DNA from: a virus
Direction: 5' to 3' (one strand)
Virus record (IMG/VR): IMGVR_UViG_3300032307_000652
Coordinates: 1-64,000 of that record
DNA: 64,000 bases
Each line of letters begins with the position of its first letter. Positions within the stretch are counted from its first letter, which is position 1. The notes below the pieces were generated by a model. The model did not search any database, was not told the DNA's origin, and saw nothing but the letters and a program-made list of their open reading frames with translations. A program made the translations under genes and the position numbers. Shown here piece after piece: positions 39,938 through 49,594 of the stretch.

Positions 39938-40753
39938 ATGAAAATGTTTTTAGTAGAAAAATTTGAGGAAGAAGTTACACCCGATTTAAAGTATTATGCT
40001 TTTGACTGGGATGATAATATTCTTACAATGCCGACACAAATAATACTTCGTACTGAAGGTGGTGAAGAAGTTGGTATGTCAACAGAAGACTTTGCGGAAT
40101 ATCGTGTTAAAGTTGGAGTTGAACCTTTTGAATATAAAAAGAAAACTATTGTTGGGTTTGCTGACGACCCATTCAGAAATTTTGGAACCAAAGGGGATAA
40201 GAGGTTCATTATTGACGCAATGATGGCAAAAGAAGGTCCGGCATGGGATGACTTTGTTGAAGCGATTAATGGAGGCTCAATCTTTTCAATAGTTACTGCA
40301 AGAGGACATTCACCATTAGCGTTACGTAGAGCAATCGAAAATATGATTGAAACTAATTTTAAAGGGATATCTAAAAAAGAATTAGTTAAAAATTTAAGAA
40401 AGTTTAGAAAGTTCGCGGGTGAAGAAGATATGAGTGATAAAGAACTTATTAATGCTTATATGGATATGAACAAGTATTATCCTGTAACATTTGGAGCCGG
40501 TTCGGCACAAAGTCCTGAAAAAGGAAAAGTAGATGCTTTAAGAGAGTTCCAACAATACGTGAAATATTTGGCGGGAAGATTAAAAAAACCTATAATGTTT
40601 AAAGATGATATTAGTAATAGATTCATACCTAAAATAGGTTTTTCAGATGATGATTTAAGAAATCTGGAAAAAGTTAAAGATGAATTATCAAAAGACCCAG
40701 AAAATATTATTCAAACAATATCAACACATGGAGGAGAAAAGAAATTATATTAA
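39938..40753 (+). CDS. HAD-superfamily phosphatase
   Basis: Likely start ATG 39938 after TATTTATA (39927-34); FDWDDNI, VTARGH, K, GFSDDD. Confidence 0.75.
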   Translation: MKMFLVEKFEEEVTPDLKYYAFDWDDNILTMPTQIILRTEGGEEVGMSTEDFAEYRVKVGVEPFEYKKKTIVGFADDPFRNFGTKGDKRFIIDAMMAKEGPAWDDFVEAINGGSIFSIVTARGHSPLALRRAIENMIETNFKGISKKELVKNLRKFRKFAGEEDMSDKELINAYMDMNKYYPVTFGAGSAQSPEKGKVDALREFQQYVKYLAGRLKKPIMFKDDISNRFIPKIGFSDDDLRNLEKVKDELSKDPENIIQTISTHGGEKKLY

Positions 40754-40869
40754 TATTTATAAACTGGACTTATAGCAAGTTTGACTGAAAAAAAATTCAA
40801 AGTAAATAGAAAAATATTTAATTGACACTATTTATAATAAAATAAAAGAAAATTTAAAAACAAAATAAT

Positions 40870-41358
40870 ATGGCTGATTTACTGATGAAAATGCCTTTTC
40901 CGTATGAACCCAAAAAGAAAAATAGATTTATTCTAAGATTTCCTTCTGAATTGGGTATAAACGAATGGTTTGTAGAAACAACAAATAGACCTAAAATAAC
41001 TATAAACCCTATTGATATTCCTTTTCTAAATACTAAAAGATATGTTGCGGGAAAATACGAATGGAATACTATTGGTGTTACACTACGTGACCCAATTGGA
41101 CCTTCAGCCGCTCAAGCAATGATGGAATGGGTTCGTTTACACGCTGAATCAGTAACGGGTCGTATGGGTTATGCAGCAGGATATAAGAAAGACGTTGAAC
41201 TTGAAATGTTAGACCCGACAGGTGTTGTTATTGAAAAGTGGTCTTTAATCCAATGTTTCTTGACTGACGTTGATTTTGGTTCTCTTGGTTATGCGGACGA
41301 CGCATTGGCTAATATTACATTGACACTTCGTCCTGACTATTGTGTATTACTTTACTAA
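40870..41358 (+). CDS. tail tube protein (T4 gp19-like)
   Basis: EPKKKNRFIL, RYVAGKYEWNTIGVTLRD, YKKDVELEMLDPTG.VIEKW; TATTTATA at 40754-61 and 40829-36. Confidence 0.9.
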   Translation: MADLLMKMPFPYEPKKKNRFILRFPSELGINEWFVETTNRPKITINPIDIPFLNTKRYVAGKYEWNTIGVTLRDPIGPSAAQAMMEWVRLHAESVTGRMGYAAGYKKDVELEMLDPTGVVIEKWSLIQCFLTDVDFGSLGYADDALANITLTLRPDYCVLLY

Positions 41359-41382
41359 TACTATTACAAATATTATATTAAG

Positions 41383-41405
41383 ACCCACAGAAATGTGGGT
41401 TTTTT
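41383..41405 (+). terminator. intrinsic terminator (GAAA tetraloop)
   Basis: ACCCACA-GAAA-TGTGGGT followed by TTTTT. Confidence 0.9.
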
Positions 41406-41452
41406 ATTTACAATAAATTAAACTATTATATGTTATAAACAAAAACGAATTT

Positions 41453-42205
41453 ATGGAAGAACAAAATGTTAATCAAATGAATTTTAATTTACCACATGAT
41501 GTAATAACTTTACCAAGTGGAGGTAAATTTTATAAAAACAAAAAAAAATCGGTTAAAGTTGGTTTTTTAACTGCAGCTGATGAAAATATTTTGGCAAACG
41601 CTTCTAATATGTCTGGTGACCAAGTTATCCAACAATTAATTCGTTCTAAAGTTTATGAACCTGATTTGAAGGTTGATGATATGTTAGAAGGTGATATTGA
41701 AGCAATTTTAGTTTTTTTAAGAAATACCGCATTTGGTCCTGAATACACTGTTAATTTAACTGACCCTGAAACAGGTAATAAATTTGAATCAACTTTTTCT
41801 TTAGAGGAGTTAAACTTTTCTAAACCTGAGGTTGACCCTGATGAAAATGGTCACTACACAGCAACACTCCCAAAAAGTGGAAAAACCGTAAAATTAAAAT
41901 TATTGACGTTTGGTGATAAAAAAGAATTATCTGATAGAGAAAATTCATACCCAAAAAACATGGTTGCTCCTAAAGTTACTTGGAGATTGGTAAAACAAAT
42001 TATTAGTATTGACAACAATGAGGATAAAACAGAAATTGCTAAGTTTGTTGAAAAAATGCCGATAATGGATTCCAAATTTATTACCAATTTTATAAATAAA
42101 AATCAACCGTCATTAGACTTAATCAAAGAAATTATAGCCCCATCTGGAAAAAGTGTACTCACTCGAGTTACCTTTGGGGCTGAGTTTTTTCGCCCTTTCT
42201 TCTGA
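41453..42205 (+). CDS. tail assembly chaperone / T4 gp26-like baseplate hub protein
   Basis: ITLPSGGKFY, LTAADENIL, ends ..EFFRPFF; lies between tube and tape measure. Confidence 0.75.
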   Translation: MEEQNVNQMNFNLPHDVITLPSGGKFYKNKKKSVKVGFLTAADENILANASNMSGDQVIQQLIRSKVYEPDLKVDDMLEGDIEAILVFLRNTAFGPEYTVNLTDPETGNKFESTFSLEELNFSKPEVDPDENGHYTATLPKSGKTVKLKLLTFGDKKELSDRENSYPKNMVAPKVTWRLVKQIISIDNNEDKTEIAKFVEKMPIMDSKFITNFINKNQPSLDLIKEIIAPSGKSVLTRVTFGAEFFRPFF

Positions 42206-42347
42206 TTATACCAAACATCTTTTAGACCAATATCTTTTATTAAGTAGGTTTTTACATATTCCGTATTCGGATTTTATGTTAATTCCTACGTCTCACCGTC
42301 TTTATTTGGTTAATACTGTTATAGAAATGAATACACCTAAAAGTTAG
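42189..42347 (+). CDS. tail assembly chaperone C-terminal extension (gpT-like), probably reached by frameshift
   Basis: +1-frame ORF overlapping the end of the chaperone gene, with no credible start; ..YSDFMLIPTSHRLYLV.. pattern. Confidence 0.6.
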   Translation, partial: FALSSDYTKHLLDQYLLLSRFLHIPYSDFMLIPTSHRLYLVNTVIEMNTPKS

Positions 42348-42375
42348 ACCTAAAGTATTTATTTAAAAAATACGT

Positions 42376-44397
42376 ATGTTACAAACAGATGATGTTAGTG
42401 GTAAAATACCTATAACCGCAGAAGAAACCAAATTTATTGGTGAAAATATAGCTCAGTTATTAATTAATGTTAATGCTATTCAAAAACCTGCATTAGGTTT
42501 AATTAATAGTTTTTTAGAAGTTAACAAAAGAATTGCAGAAGCCGACAAAGGTGCGTTTTCCTTAGTTGGAAAAATGGGACTAAATGAAGAGGCAGCTAAA
42601 AGAATTAAAAGAACTTTTGGTGAAGCTTATAATGAATTAGGTTTAATTGGTGCTGATTTTGGAACATTTGTAAAAACACAGGAGTTATTCAATACTGCTA
42701 CAGGTCGTAATGTTGTATTAACCAAAGAAAATTTAAACGATTTAATTTCAACAAATAAAGTTACGGGACTTGCGGCTGATACACTATTAACGAGTTTTCA
42801 GAATGCTGGTTTTTCAATGTCACAGATTACTCAAAATATGGAGAAAGTGGTTACACTTGCTTCAAGTATGGGGTTAAATAGTCAAGTGGTGTCTAAATTG
42901 GTAACCGATAATTTAGAAAAACTAAATAAGTTTGGTTTTGGTAATGGGGTTGAAGGTTTGGCAAAAATGGCGGCAAAAGCAGCATCTATGAGAATAGATA
43001 TGAAGTCAGCTTTTCAAGTTGCGGACGACATCTTCAATAAAGGACCTGAAGCTGCTATAGAAATTTCTGCGACTTTACAAAGATTAGGGGCAACGTCAGG
43101 TGCATTACTTGACCCATTAAAATTGATGGATTTAGCTCAAAACAATCTTCCTGAGTTACAAAATCAACTTGTTGATTTATCAAAACAATATACCGTATTT
43201 AACGAAGATACTAAACAATTTGAAATCATGCCTGGTGCTAGAAAGCAATTAAATGAAGTAGCTAAGTCTTTAGGTATAAGTTATGAAGAATTCGCAAAAA
43301 TGTCTTTAGAAAGTTCTAAAATGGAAAAAAAACTTTCTGAAATTGATTTTAGCAGGTTTAGTCTGAATATGACCGAAGAACAAAAAGCTTTGATTACAAA
43401 CATGGCTGAAATGAATACTCAGGGTGAGTATGTTGTTAAGGTAAAAGATGAAAATGGTGAATATATTGAAAAAGCGATAACTCAATTAGGTCAAGAAGAT
43501 TTAGTTTCATTACAAAAAGAAACTTTAACTGAAGGTGAAAAAATGTATGATATTGCTTCACAAAGTTTGAGTCAACTTGAAAGAATTGGTAATTTACAAG
43601 AAACTTTTAATAATTCATTAAGTACTATGTTAGCAACAGGTGAATATGGAAATGCTATTTTACAAACATTAGCGGCTAGCAATGAAAAATTATATGGTGT
43701 AAATGACGCTTCAAAAAATGAGACTTTAAAACTTCTTACAATAAATAACAAGGATATGAATGAAAATGCCGTAAATATGGCAAATTCAACAAAGTCATTA
43801 ATTGAAACGGCTTCTATTGGTGGTGCGGGTAATTTAGCTTCTGCGACATTGGCTTTAGAAGACCTTGGTAAAAGTATGTTTGATATTAGTAAAAAAGGGT
43901 TGGGGGCAGCGTATGAAAATACCACACCTACTGACGTGTTAAAGGCGGTTATAACTACTACCGCGGCTCAAACCGCTGTTGATATTGGAAAAGAAATTGG
44001 TCAATACATAACAGGTGAAAAAAAAATAACGGATTTATTAATACCAAAATCTGGAGGTGATATTGCGGTAACTGCTGACGGAATACACTATTCTTTAGAT
44101 AAAGGAGATATGTTAATGGCTGTAAATCAACAAAAATTAGCATCCGCAATTGGTGCATCATCACCATCACCAATATTACCAACTGCGGTTGAAAATAATT
44201 ACGCTTCTACTGAAGTAAAAAAAGAATCAACCCCAAAAGAACTTAATGTGAATATCAACTTTACACATGAGTCCAAAGGAGCTGATATAAATGTTGCTCA
44301 AGAATTTTCAAAATCTTTAAGAGATAATACATCATTACAACAACAACTTGTTCAACAGATAACTGAAAATATTAAAAACTACGGTTTAACCGCCTGA
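42376..44397 (+). CDS. tape measure protein
   Basis: Helical, Ala/Leu/Gln-rich; canonical position after the chaperones; TATTTATT at 42356-63. Confidence 0.75.
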   Translation: MLQTDDVSGKIPITAEETKFIGENIAQLLINVNAIQKPALGLINSFLEVNKRIAEADKGAFSLVGKMGLNEEAAKRIKRTFGEAYNELGLIGADFGTFVKTQELFNTATGRNVVLTKENLNDLISTNKVTGLAADTLLTSFQNAGFSMSQITQNMEKVVTLASSMGLNSQVVSKLVTDNLEKLNKFGFGNGVEGLAKMAAKAASMRIDMKSAFQVADDIFNKGPEAAIEISATLQRLGATSGALLDPLKLMDLAQNNLPELQNQLVDLSKQYTVFNEDTKQFEIMPGARKQLNEVAKSLGISYEEFAKMSLESSKMEKKLSEIDFSRFSLNMTEEQKALITNMAEMNTQGEYVVKVKDENGEYIEKAITQLGQEDLVSLQKETLTEGEKMYDIASQSLSQLERIGNLQETFNNSLSTMLATGEYGNAILQTLAASNEKLYGVNDASKNETLKLLTINNKDMNENAVNMANSTKSLIETASIGGAGNLASATLALEDLGKSMFDISKKGLGAAYENTTPTDVLKAVITTTAAQTAVDIGKEIGQYITGEKKITDLLIPKSGGDIAVTADGIHYSLDKGDMLMAVNQQKLASAIGASSPSPILPTAVENNYASTEVKKESTPKELNVNINFTHESKGADINVAQEFSKSLRDNTSLQQQLVQQITENIKNYGLTA

Positions 44398-44435
44398 TAA
44401 AATCTGTTTCATTCTATTTATTATAAAAAGATTTG

Positions 44436-47400
44436 ATGCAAGAAAATATTCTTTCTTTTAACGGTTCGGAAAATTTTAGAAAAACACTTGTTTCTCGAAA
44501 CTTAAAGCCTTATAAAATTGAGGGTTCATTTTCCAGTGCCGAATCTCAACAAAATTACACAACAAATTTAACGGATAGTTCACCTGTTGATACTCCTAAT
44601 GTTAGTGATAGTATATACGAGGAACCAAAATTAAATACAATTATAAACATTTACGGACCAGCTGGAAATTTTATTGACGGTGCCGAATTAGTTAACTCTC
44701 TTGATATACCACAACCCCCAAGACCTGTATCTACAGGTGAGGAAATTGGACAAAACGAATATAACCCAAATTTTACTAAACTTGATATTATCAATGAAAG
44801 TTTTATTGATAACGCTGCGGTTGTAAATAGATATACACCTGAAGGTAGTTATGATGATTTATTCGTGGTTGATGAAAAAATACTGGCAAAAACATTAGAA
44901 CAAAGTGGAATTTATGGTGATGGTGTTTTATTCCCAATAAATTTTGTTCAGGGTGATTATACAGTAACAGAAATATTAAATAACGACCCTGAATTAATAA
45001 GTGATTCTTATATACAAAGAATCGGTGCGGAAAGATTAACATATGCGTTTGAACAAAGAATTGCTCGTGAAATTGAAAGAAATACAGTTGGCGCGATTAA
45101 TTTAGGTGTTTTAACAAGTCCGTTTGAAGCAACATTAGTTGCCACAGGACAAGAACCTTTTATACAGAGAAATTATACAATTACAGTTCCTAATGGTGTC
45201 ATAGATTACGCAGCATATTTTTTACAAAGAGTCGCAGGTTTTTTATTACCCTATTCACCAATCGAAGGAAGTTATTTTTCAGATGTTGAAAGACAACGAA
45301 TTAAACCACAACAAACTTTAGGTAATTTAGGTGGTAATCTTTTAAATAGACAAAATCCTTCTATAATTTTTTTACAAAATACAGGTTCAGGACAAAAAAG
45401 TGTATTATTTAATACTATTGCGTATAACAGATATAAACCTGATTATTCATTTAATCTAACTCAACTTGGTACTTTTCTTTCTGACTTTTTTGAAAACCCT
45501 AATTCTATTGGTAATTTATATGTTGGTAGACAAGAATCGGATATTACAAACGTTATATCACCTCCAAATGCTAGTCCAACTAATGCTTATGGTATACCAA
45601 CAAGGACACCTGTATACGGACCTGATAAGGTTGGAATACTTTACGAAGGTGACCAAAACTTTCAATTTGGTTTAGCGGGACAAGATTATAGTAAAAGACC
45701 TGTTTTTGACGGTGGGTTTGTTTGGATTTCAGAACTTACGAAGGTTGAGGCCGGAAGAACTGTGGGACAAGATGGTAGAATTTATGGTAATAATAAAACA
45801 TTTACACCATTAAGTTCATCTTATCAACAGGTATTATCTACAGGTTATGATTTCAGACCAGGTTCTATATTAGACGTTACTCAAAGAATAATTGACTCCA
45901 CACCTGCACAGGGTAAAGATAGATTGGCTCATGTTGGTAACGCAATGAACCAAGTGTCAAAAGTTTTTTGGGATGGATATAAGGAGTTAACAAAGGGTTC
46001 TAAGGTTAAAAAATATGTTAATGAAAATGGTTCTATTGTTGGAACTGAATATGGTAGAATTTTCTCAAAAGACAGACCTTATTATACTTACGGAGATTTA
46101 CAAGGAACTTACGCCAATACAAGTGGTACGGATACAAATGGTAATATCAGAAGGTATTCATATTCAGTACTAGATAGTGCTTACAACCTTAATATTGTTC
46201 CGTATAAAAATGGAGGAACTTCAACCCAAGGAGGAAGTGTTAAAAAATATATGTTTTCATTAGAAAACTTAGCTTGGAAATCAACACCCGAATTTAATAA
46301 CTTACCTGATATTGAGAAGGGCCCAAATGGGGGTAGAATTATGTGGTTTCCACCATATGAATTAACTTTTGGAGATAGCTCAAATGCGAACTTTAACGCA
46401 ACTAATTTTATCGGAAGACCTGAACCAATTTACACATATAACAATACAACAAGACAAGGAGATATTTCGTTTAAAATTGTTGTTGACCATCCGTCAGTAT
46501 TAAACTTAATTGTTAATAGAGAATTAGAAAATCAAAATAGTGATTTAATAAATGGTGTTGTTAATTCATTTTTTGCGGGATGTAGAAAATACGACATTTA
46601 TGAATTAGCTAAAAACTTCGGAAGTCTAAGTTTAAACACTATAGAAGACATATATCAGCAAGTTTTAGAAAGTGACCAAACATCTGAAGAAGATAAACTT
46701 GAGGCTTTAGAATCATTACCACAGGATGAAGGTAATCCTACTGATTCCCAAAGAGTTGGTTTAAGTCAAAATTACAATGATTTTGGATTTTATTTTGATG
46801 CATATAATGGTATTGAATCAAGCACTGATTACGAAATTTTATACGCTGATTATATAAATGTTGAAGGGTTTTATAATGAACAACAACCCCAAGAACCTGT
46901 GAGTAGTTTTTTTGAAAAAGTTATAACAGAAAATTATAATAAATTATTATTGTTGAGGGATGAAATTGTTGAAATTTTAATCGCAGGGGGTGAAGTAAGT
47001 TTAGAACTTGTTGGTACTTTGGATGTTGAGACAAATGCTAGTGAATCGACAACATATAATAATGATAGATTATCATCAATTAAAATATTTTTTGAAGAAT
47101 ATATTTTCCAAAGTTCACCACTTGGAAAATATGTTCAAAATGGTAAATTTAAAATTACATTAAGTAGTGATATACAATCTTCTGCAATTATAAAATCAAG
47201 TGAACCTTTTGACTCGTTTGATTGTACTACAATTATTAACAATACTAATACACCATTTTCAATTCAAGCGATGGCTTGTAGAGGAATGAGAGTAAAAAAT
47301 ATAACGGTTACCGCACAACCTCCTGATAGTGAAAATAGTGGTGCGGTTAATACAAACAGTAATGATACTAATAGTAATTTAAGAAGAAGTACTGGACAAT

Positions 47401-49268
47401 TTTTATCAGATGTTTTTGGTAATAAGAAAAAGAAAAAAGAAAGTGTTGAGTCTAAAGTTAAAAATTTAAGTAAAACAATTCTATCAGAATTATTAAATGA
47501 GAAAAATTATTTTGAAATAATCAAACAAGAAGACCCATTTTTATACGATAGTTTTAAAACAAAAATTAAATTCTTTAATCCGGCATTCCACTCTATTACA
47601 CCTGAAGGATTTAATTCAAGATTAACTTTTTTAAATCAATGTGTTAGACCTGGTAATACAATACCAACAAAAACGTCTTCAGGTGATTTTGAAACTAAAG
47701 ATTCTTTAAATACAAATTTTGGTTCACCACCTATCTTAGTATTAAGAATTGGTGATTTTTACAATTGTAAAATCGTACCTGAAAGTTTAAGTTTTTCATA
47801 CGAAACATTAGATTTTAATCCTGAAGGTATTGGCGTTCAACCAATGATTGTTACCGCAAAATTAGGTTTTAAAATGATTGGTGGACATGGTTTGAAAGAA
47901 CCAATTGACAGATTACAAAATGCATTATCATTTAATTACTATGCTAATACTGAAATGTATGATGAAAGGTCAATTCCTACCGACACAACTAAATTAACTG
48001 CGATTATAACTGGTGAAGATAGTTTAGGTTCAAATCTAAGGACTTTACAAAATTTGTCAAATCAAACTAATAATCAAAACTTAGCAAGTAATCAGGCAAC
48101 AAATCAAAACCCAACAGACGGTGGTAATTTTATTGGAAATGTATCAGAATCTACAAATACTAATGGTGTTTTAACTGGTACTATACAATATAAAAATTTA
48201 GTTGATTCTGCAGTTGACAATAGTCAAAATTATATGAATTTAGTTGAAAGTTTCATCACAAGCGTTACCAAAGAGTATAACTATGGTGTTTTAACTCAAA
48301 TATATAATGAAAGATTATTTAAAAATGGAACTTTTAATTCTTTACAAGCACCTGTTTCAGATGTGAAAATTTTGGGTAAATTTAATAATTACCCAAATTA
48401 TATTACAAGTGTAATGTCTGCTTTAATTACTGAGATTGAAAATGGAACAGACATGTTAACAATGTATTTGTTATCTAAAAATGTTCCTCAAAACGAAATT
48501 AGAATAGTCCAATCAAATTTTAAAGCGGCTTGTCAAAATAGAAAGAATACAATATTACAAGGTATTGGTAGTAAAATACAATCAATAACTAATCAACAAT
48601 CTGAGATTTATCAAATATTTAGAAGAATGGATTTAGTTTGTGATGCTACTGATGGTAAGTTAAATTCAAATGGCTCTATATTTGCGTTAACTAATACTGG
48701 AGAACCTTACGGAACTTCAGATACTTTAACTGATATTAGAACTGATTATACAAAAATCGCTAATGATTTTAAAAGTTATTACTCTTTATTGTTATCTAAT
48801 AACTTAATTATTGAACCAACAGTTTCAACTTTGTATTTTACTCCGTTCACTAATTATAGTTCAACAGGTGGGTTGAATTTATTTTTTACATTATTCTCAA
48901 ATGATTTTACAGATAATCAATCTATTGAAAATTTAAAGAATTTTTTAACACAGAATTATACACCTGTAAGTGAAAACACAAAGACGAAAGTTTTAACGTA
49001 TTTGGGTTCTATTTCTCAATCAATTATTGATGAAAAAAATGCTCAAACATCATATGTGAATAATTTTTTTACAGGTCAAAGTTATTTGATTTATAAGAAT
49101 TATAACCCACAAGTTGATGGTGTTAGTGTAAAAGGTAAAGACAGAGATTTTACATTTACTTCGGCAGGTTCAACATCAAATCAACAAACTAATGTTTCCA
49201 ACATTTATAAAAATGTTAATATTGATAATAATCAATCAACATATAACGGAAAGAAATATTTTAACTAA
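44436..49268 (+). CDS. large baseplate protein with tube-like domain and degenerate OmpA-like insertion
   Basis: MWFPPYELTF...FIGRPEPIYTYNNTTRQGDISFKI; PPILVLRIGDFYN; central FYFD...LELVG...YNNDRLSSI...CR; TATTTATT at 44415-22. Confidence 0.6.
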   Translation: MQENILSFNGSENFRKTLVSRNLKPYKIEGSFSSAESQQNYTTNLTDSSPVDTPNVSDSIYEEPKLNTIINIYGPAGNFIDGAELVNSLDIPQPPRPVSTGEEIGQNEYNPNFTKLDIINESFIDNAAVVNRYTPEGSYDDLFVVDEKILAKTLEQSGIYGDGVLFPINFVQGDYTVTEILNNDPELISDSYIQRIGAERLTYAFEQRIAREIERNTVGAINLGVLTSPFEATLVATGQEPFIQRNYTITVPNGVIDYAAYFLQRVAGFLLPYSPIEGSYFSDVERQRIKPQQTLGNLGGNLLNRQNPSIIFLQNTGSGQKSVLFNTIAYNRYKPDYSFNLTQLGTFLSDFFENPNSIGNLYVGRQESDITNVISPPNASPTNAYGIPTRTPVYGPDKVGILYEGDQNFQFGLAGQDYSKRPVFDGGFVWISELTKVEAGRTVGQDGRIYGNNKTFTPLSSSYQQVLSTGYDFRPGSILDVTQRIIDSTPAQGKDRLAHVGNAMNQVSKVFWDGYKELTKGSKVKKYVNENGSIVGTEYGRIFSKDRPYYTYGDLQGTYANTSGTDTNGNIRRYSYSVLDSAYNLNIVPYKNGGTSTQGGSVKKYMFSLENLAWKSTPEFNNLPDIEKGPNGGRIMWFPPYELTFGDSSNANFNATNFIGRPEPIYTYNNTTRQGDISFKIVVDHPSVLNLIVNRELENQNSDLINGVVNSFFAGCRKYDIYELAKNFGSLSLNTIEDIYQQVLESDQTSEEDKLEALESLPQDEGNPTDSQRVGLSQNYNDFGFYFDAYNGIESSTDYEILYADYINVEGFYNEQQPQEPVSSFFEKVITENYNKLLLLRDEIVEILIAGGEVSLELVGTLDVETNASESTTYNNDRLSSIKIFFEEYIFQSSPLGKYVQNGKFKITLSSDIQSSAIIKSSEPFDSFDCTTIINNTNTPFSIQAMACRGMRVKNITVTAQPPDSENSGAVNTNSNDTNSNLRRSTGQFLSDVFGNKKKKKESVESKVKNLSKTILSELLNEKNYFEIIKQEDPFLYDSFKTKIKFFNPAFHSITPEGFNSRLTFLNQCVRPGNTIPTKTSSGDFETKDSLNTNFGSPPILVLRIGDFYNCKIVPESLSFSYETLDFNPEGIGVQPMIVTAKLGFKMIGGHGLKEPIDRLQNALSFNYYANTEMYDERSIPTDTTKLTAIITGEDSLGSNLRTLQNLSNQTNNQNLASNQATNQNPTDGGNFIGNVSESTNTNGVLTGTIQYKNLVDSAVDNSQNYMNLVESFITSVTKEYNYGVLTQIYNERLFKNGTFNSLQAPVSDVKILGKFNNYPNYITSVMSALITEIENGTDMLTMYLLSKNVPQNEIRIVQSNFKAACQNRKNTILQGIGSKIQSITNQQSEIYQIFRRMDLVCDATDGKLNSNGSIFALTNTGEPYGTSDTLTDIRTDYTKIANDFKSYYSLLLSNNLIIEPTVSTLYFTPFTNYSSTGGLNLFFTLFSNDFTDNQSIENLKNFLTQNYTPVSENTKTKVLTYLGSISQSIIDEKNAQTSYVNNFFTGQSYLIYKNYNPQVDGVSVKGKDRDFTFTSAGSTSNQQTNVSNIYKNVNIDNNQSTYNGKKYFN

Positions 49269-49594
49269 TGGCTAACGAATATTTAAACAGGTATCAACTT
49301 TTTACGGCAAATGACCAACAAAATACTATTCCGTATATTACTATTCCTGCGAAAAACTCCGACAAAAAATATATTTATAAACTTGGTGTTTCTCGTTTAG
49401 ATAAGATATCCCAACTTTATTATGACTCACCTTATTTTGGTTGGTTTATTTTACAATCAAACTCACAATATGGAGGTTCGGAATTAAACATTCCTGACAA
49501 TGCCGTTCTTAACATACCCTTCCCTTTAACATCTTCTTTATTAGATTATAAATCAGCTTTAGAGCGTTATTTCTATTATTATGGCGAACAATAA
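49268..49594 (+). CDS. LysM-like baseplate wedge protein (gp53/tail X-like)
   Basis: RLDKISQLYYDSPYFGWFILQSN...IPDNAVLNIP. Confidence 0.75.
   Translation: MANEYLNRYQLFTANDQQNTIPYITIPAKNSDKKYIYKLGVSRLDKISQLYYDSPYFGWFILQSNSQYGGSELNIPDNAVLNIPFPLTSSLLDYKSALERYFYYYGEQ

Noticed and set aside
40754-40869. tRNA or structured ncRNA in the gap before the tube gene
   Set aside because: Only a weak 5-bp stem; no cloverleaf or T-loop motif seen here or in any other intergenic gap
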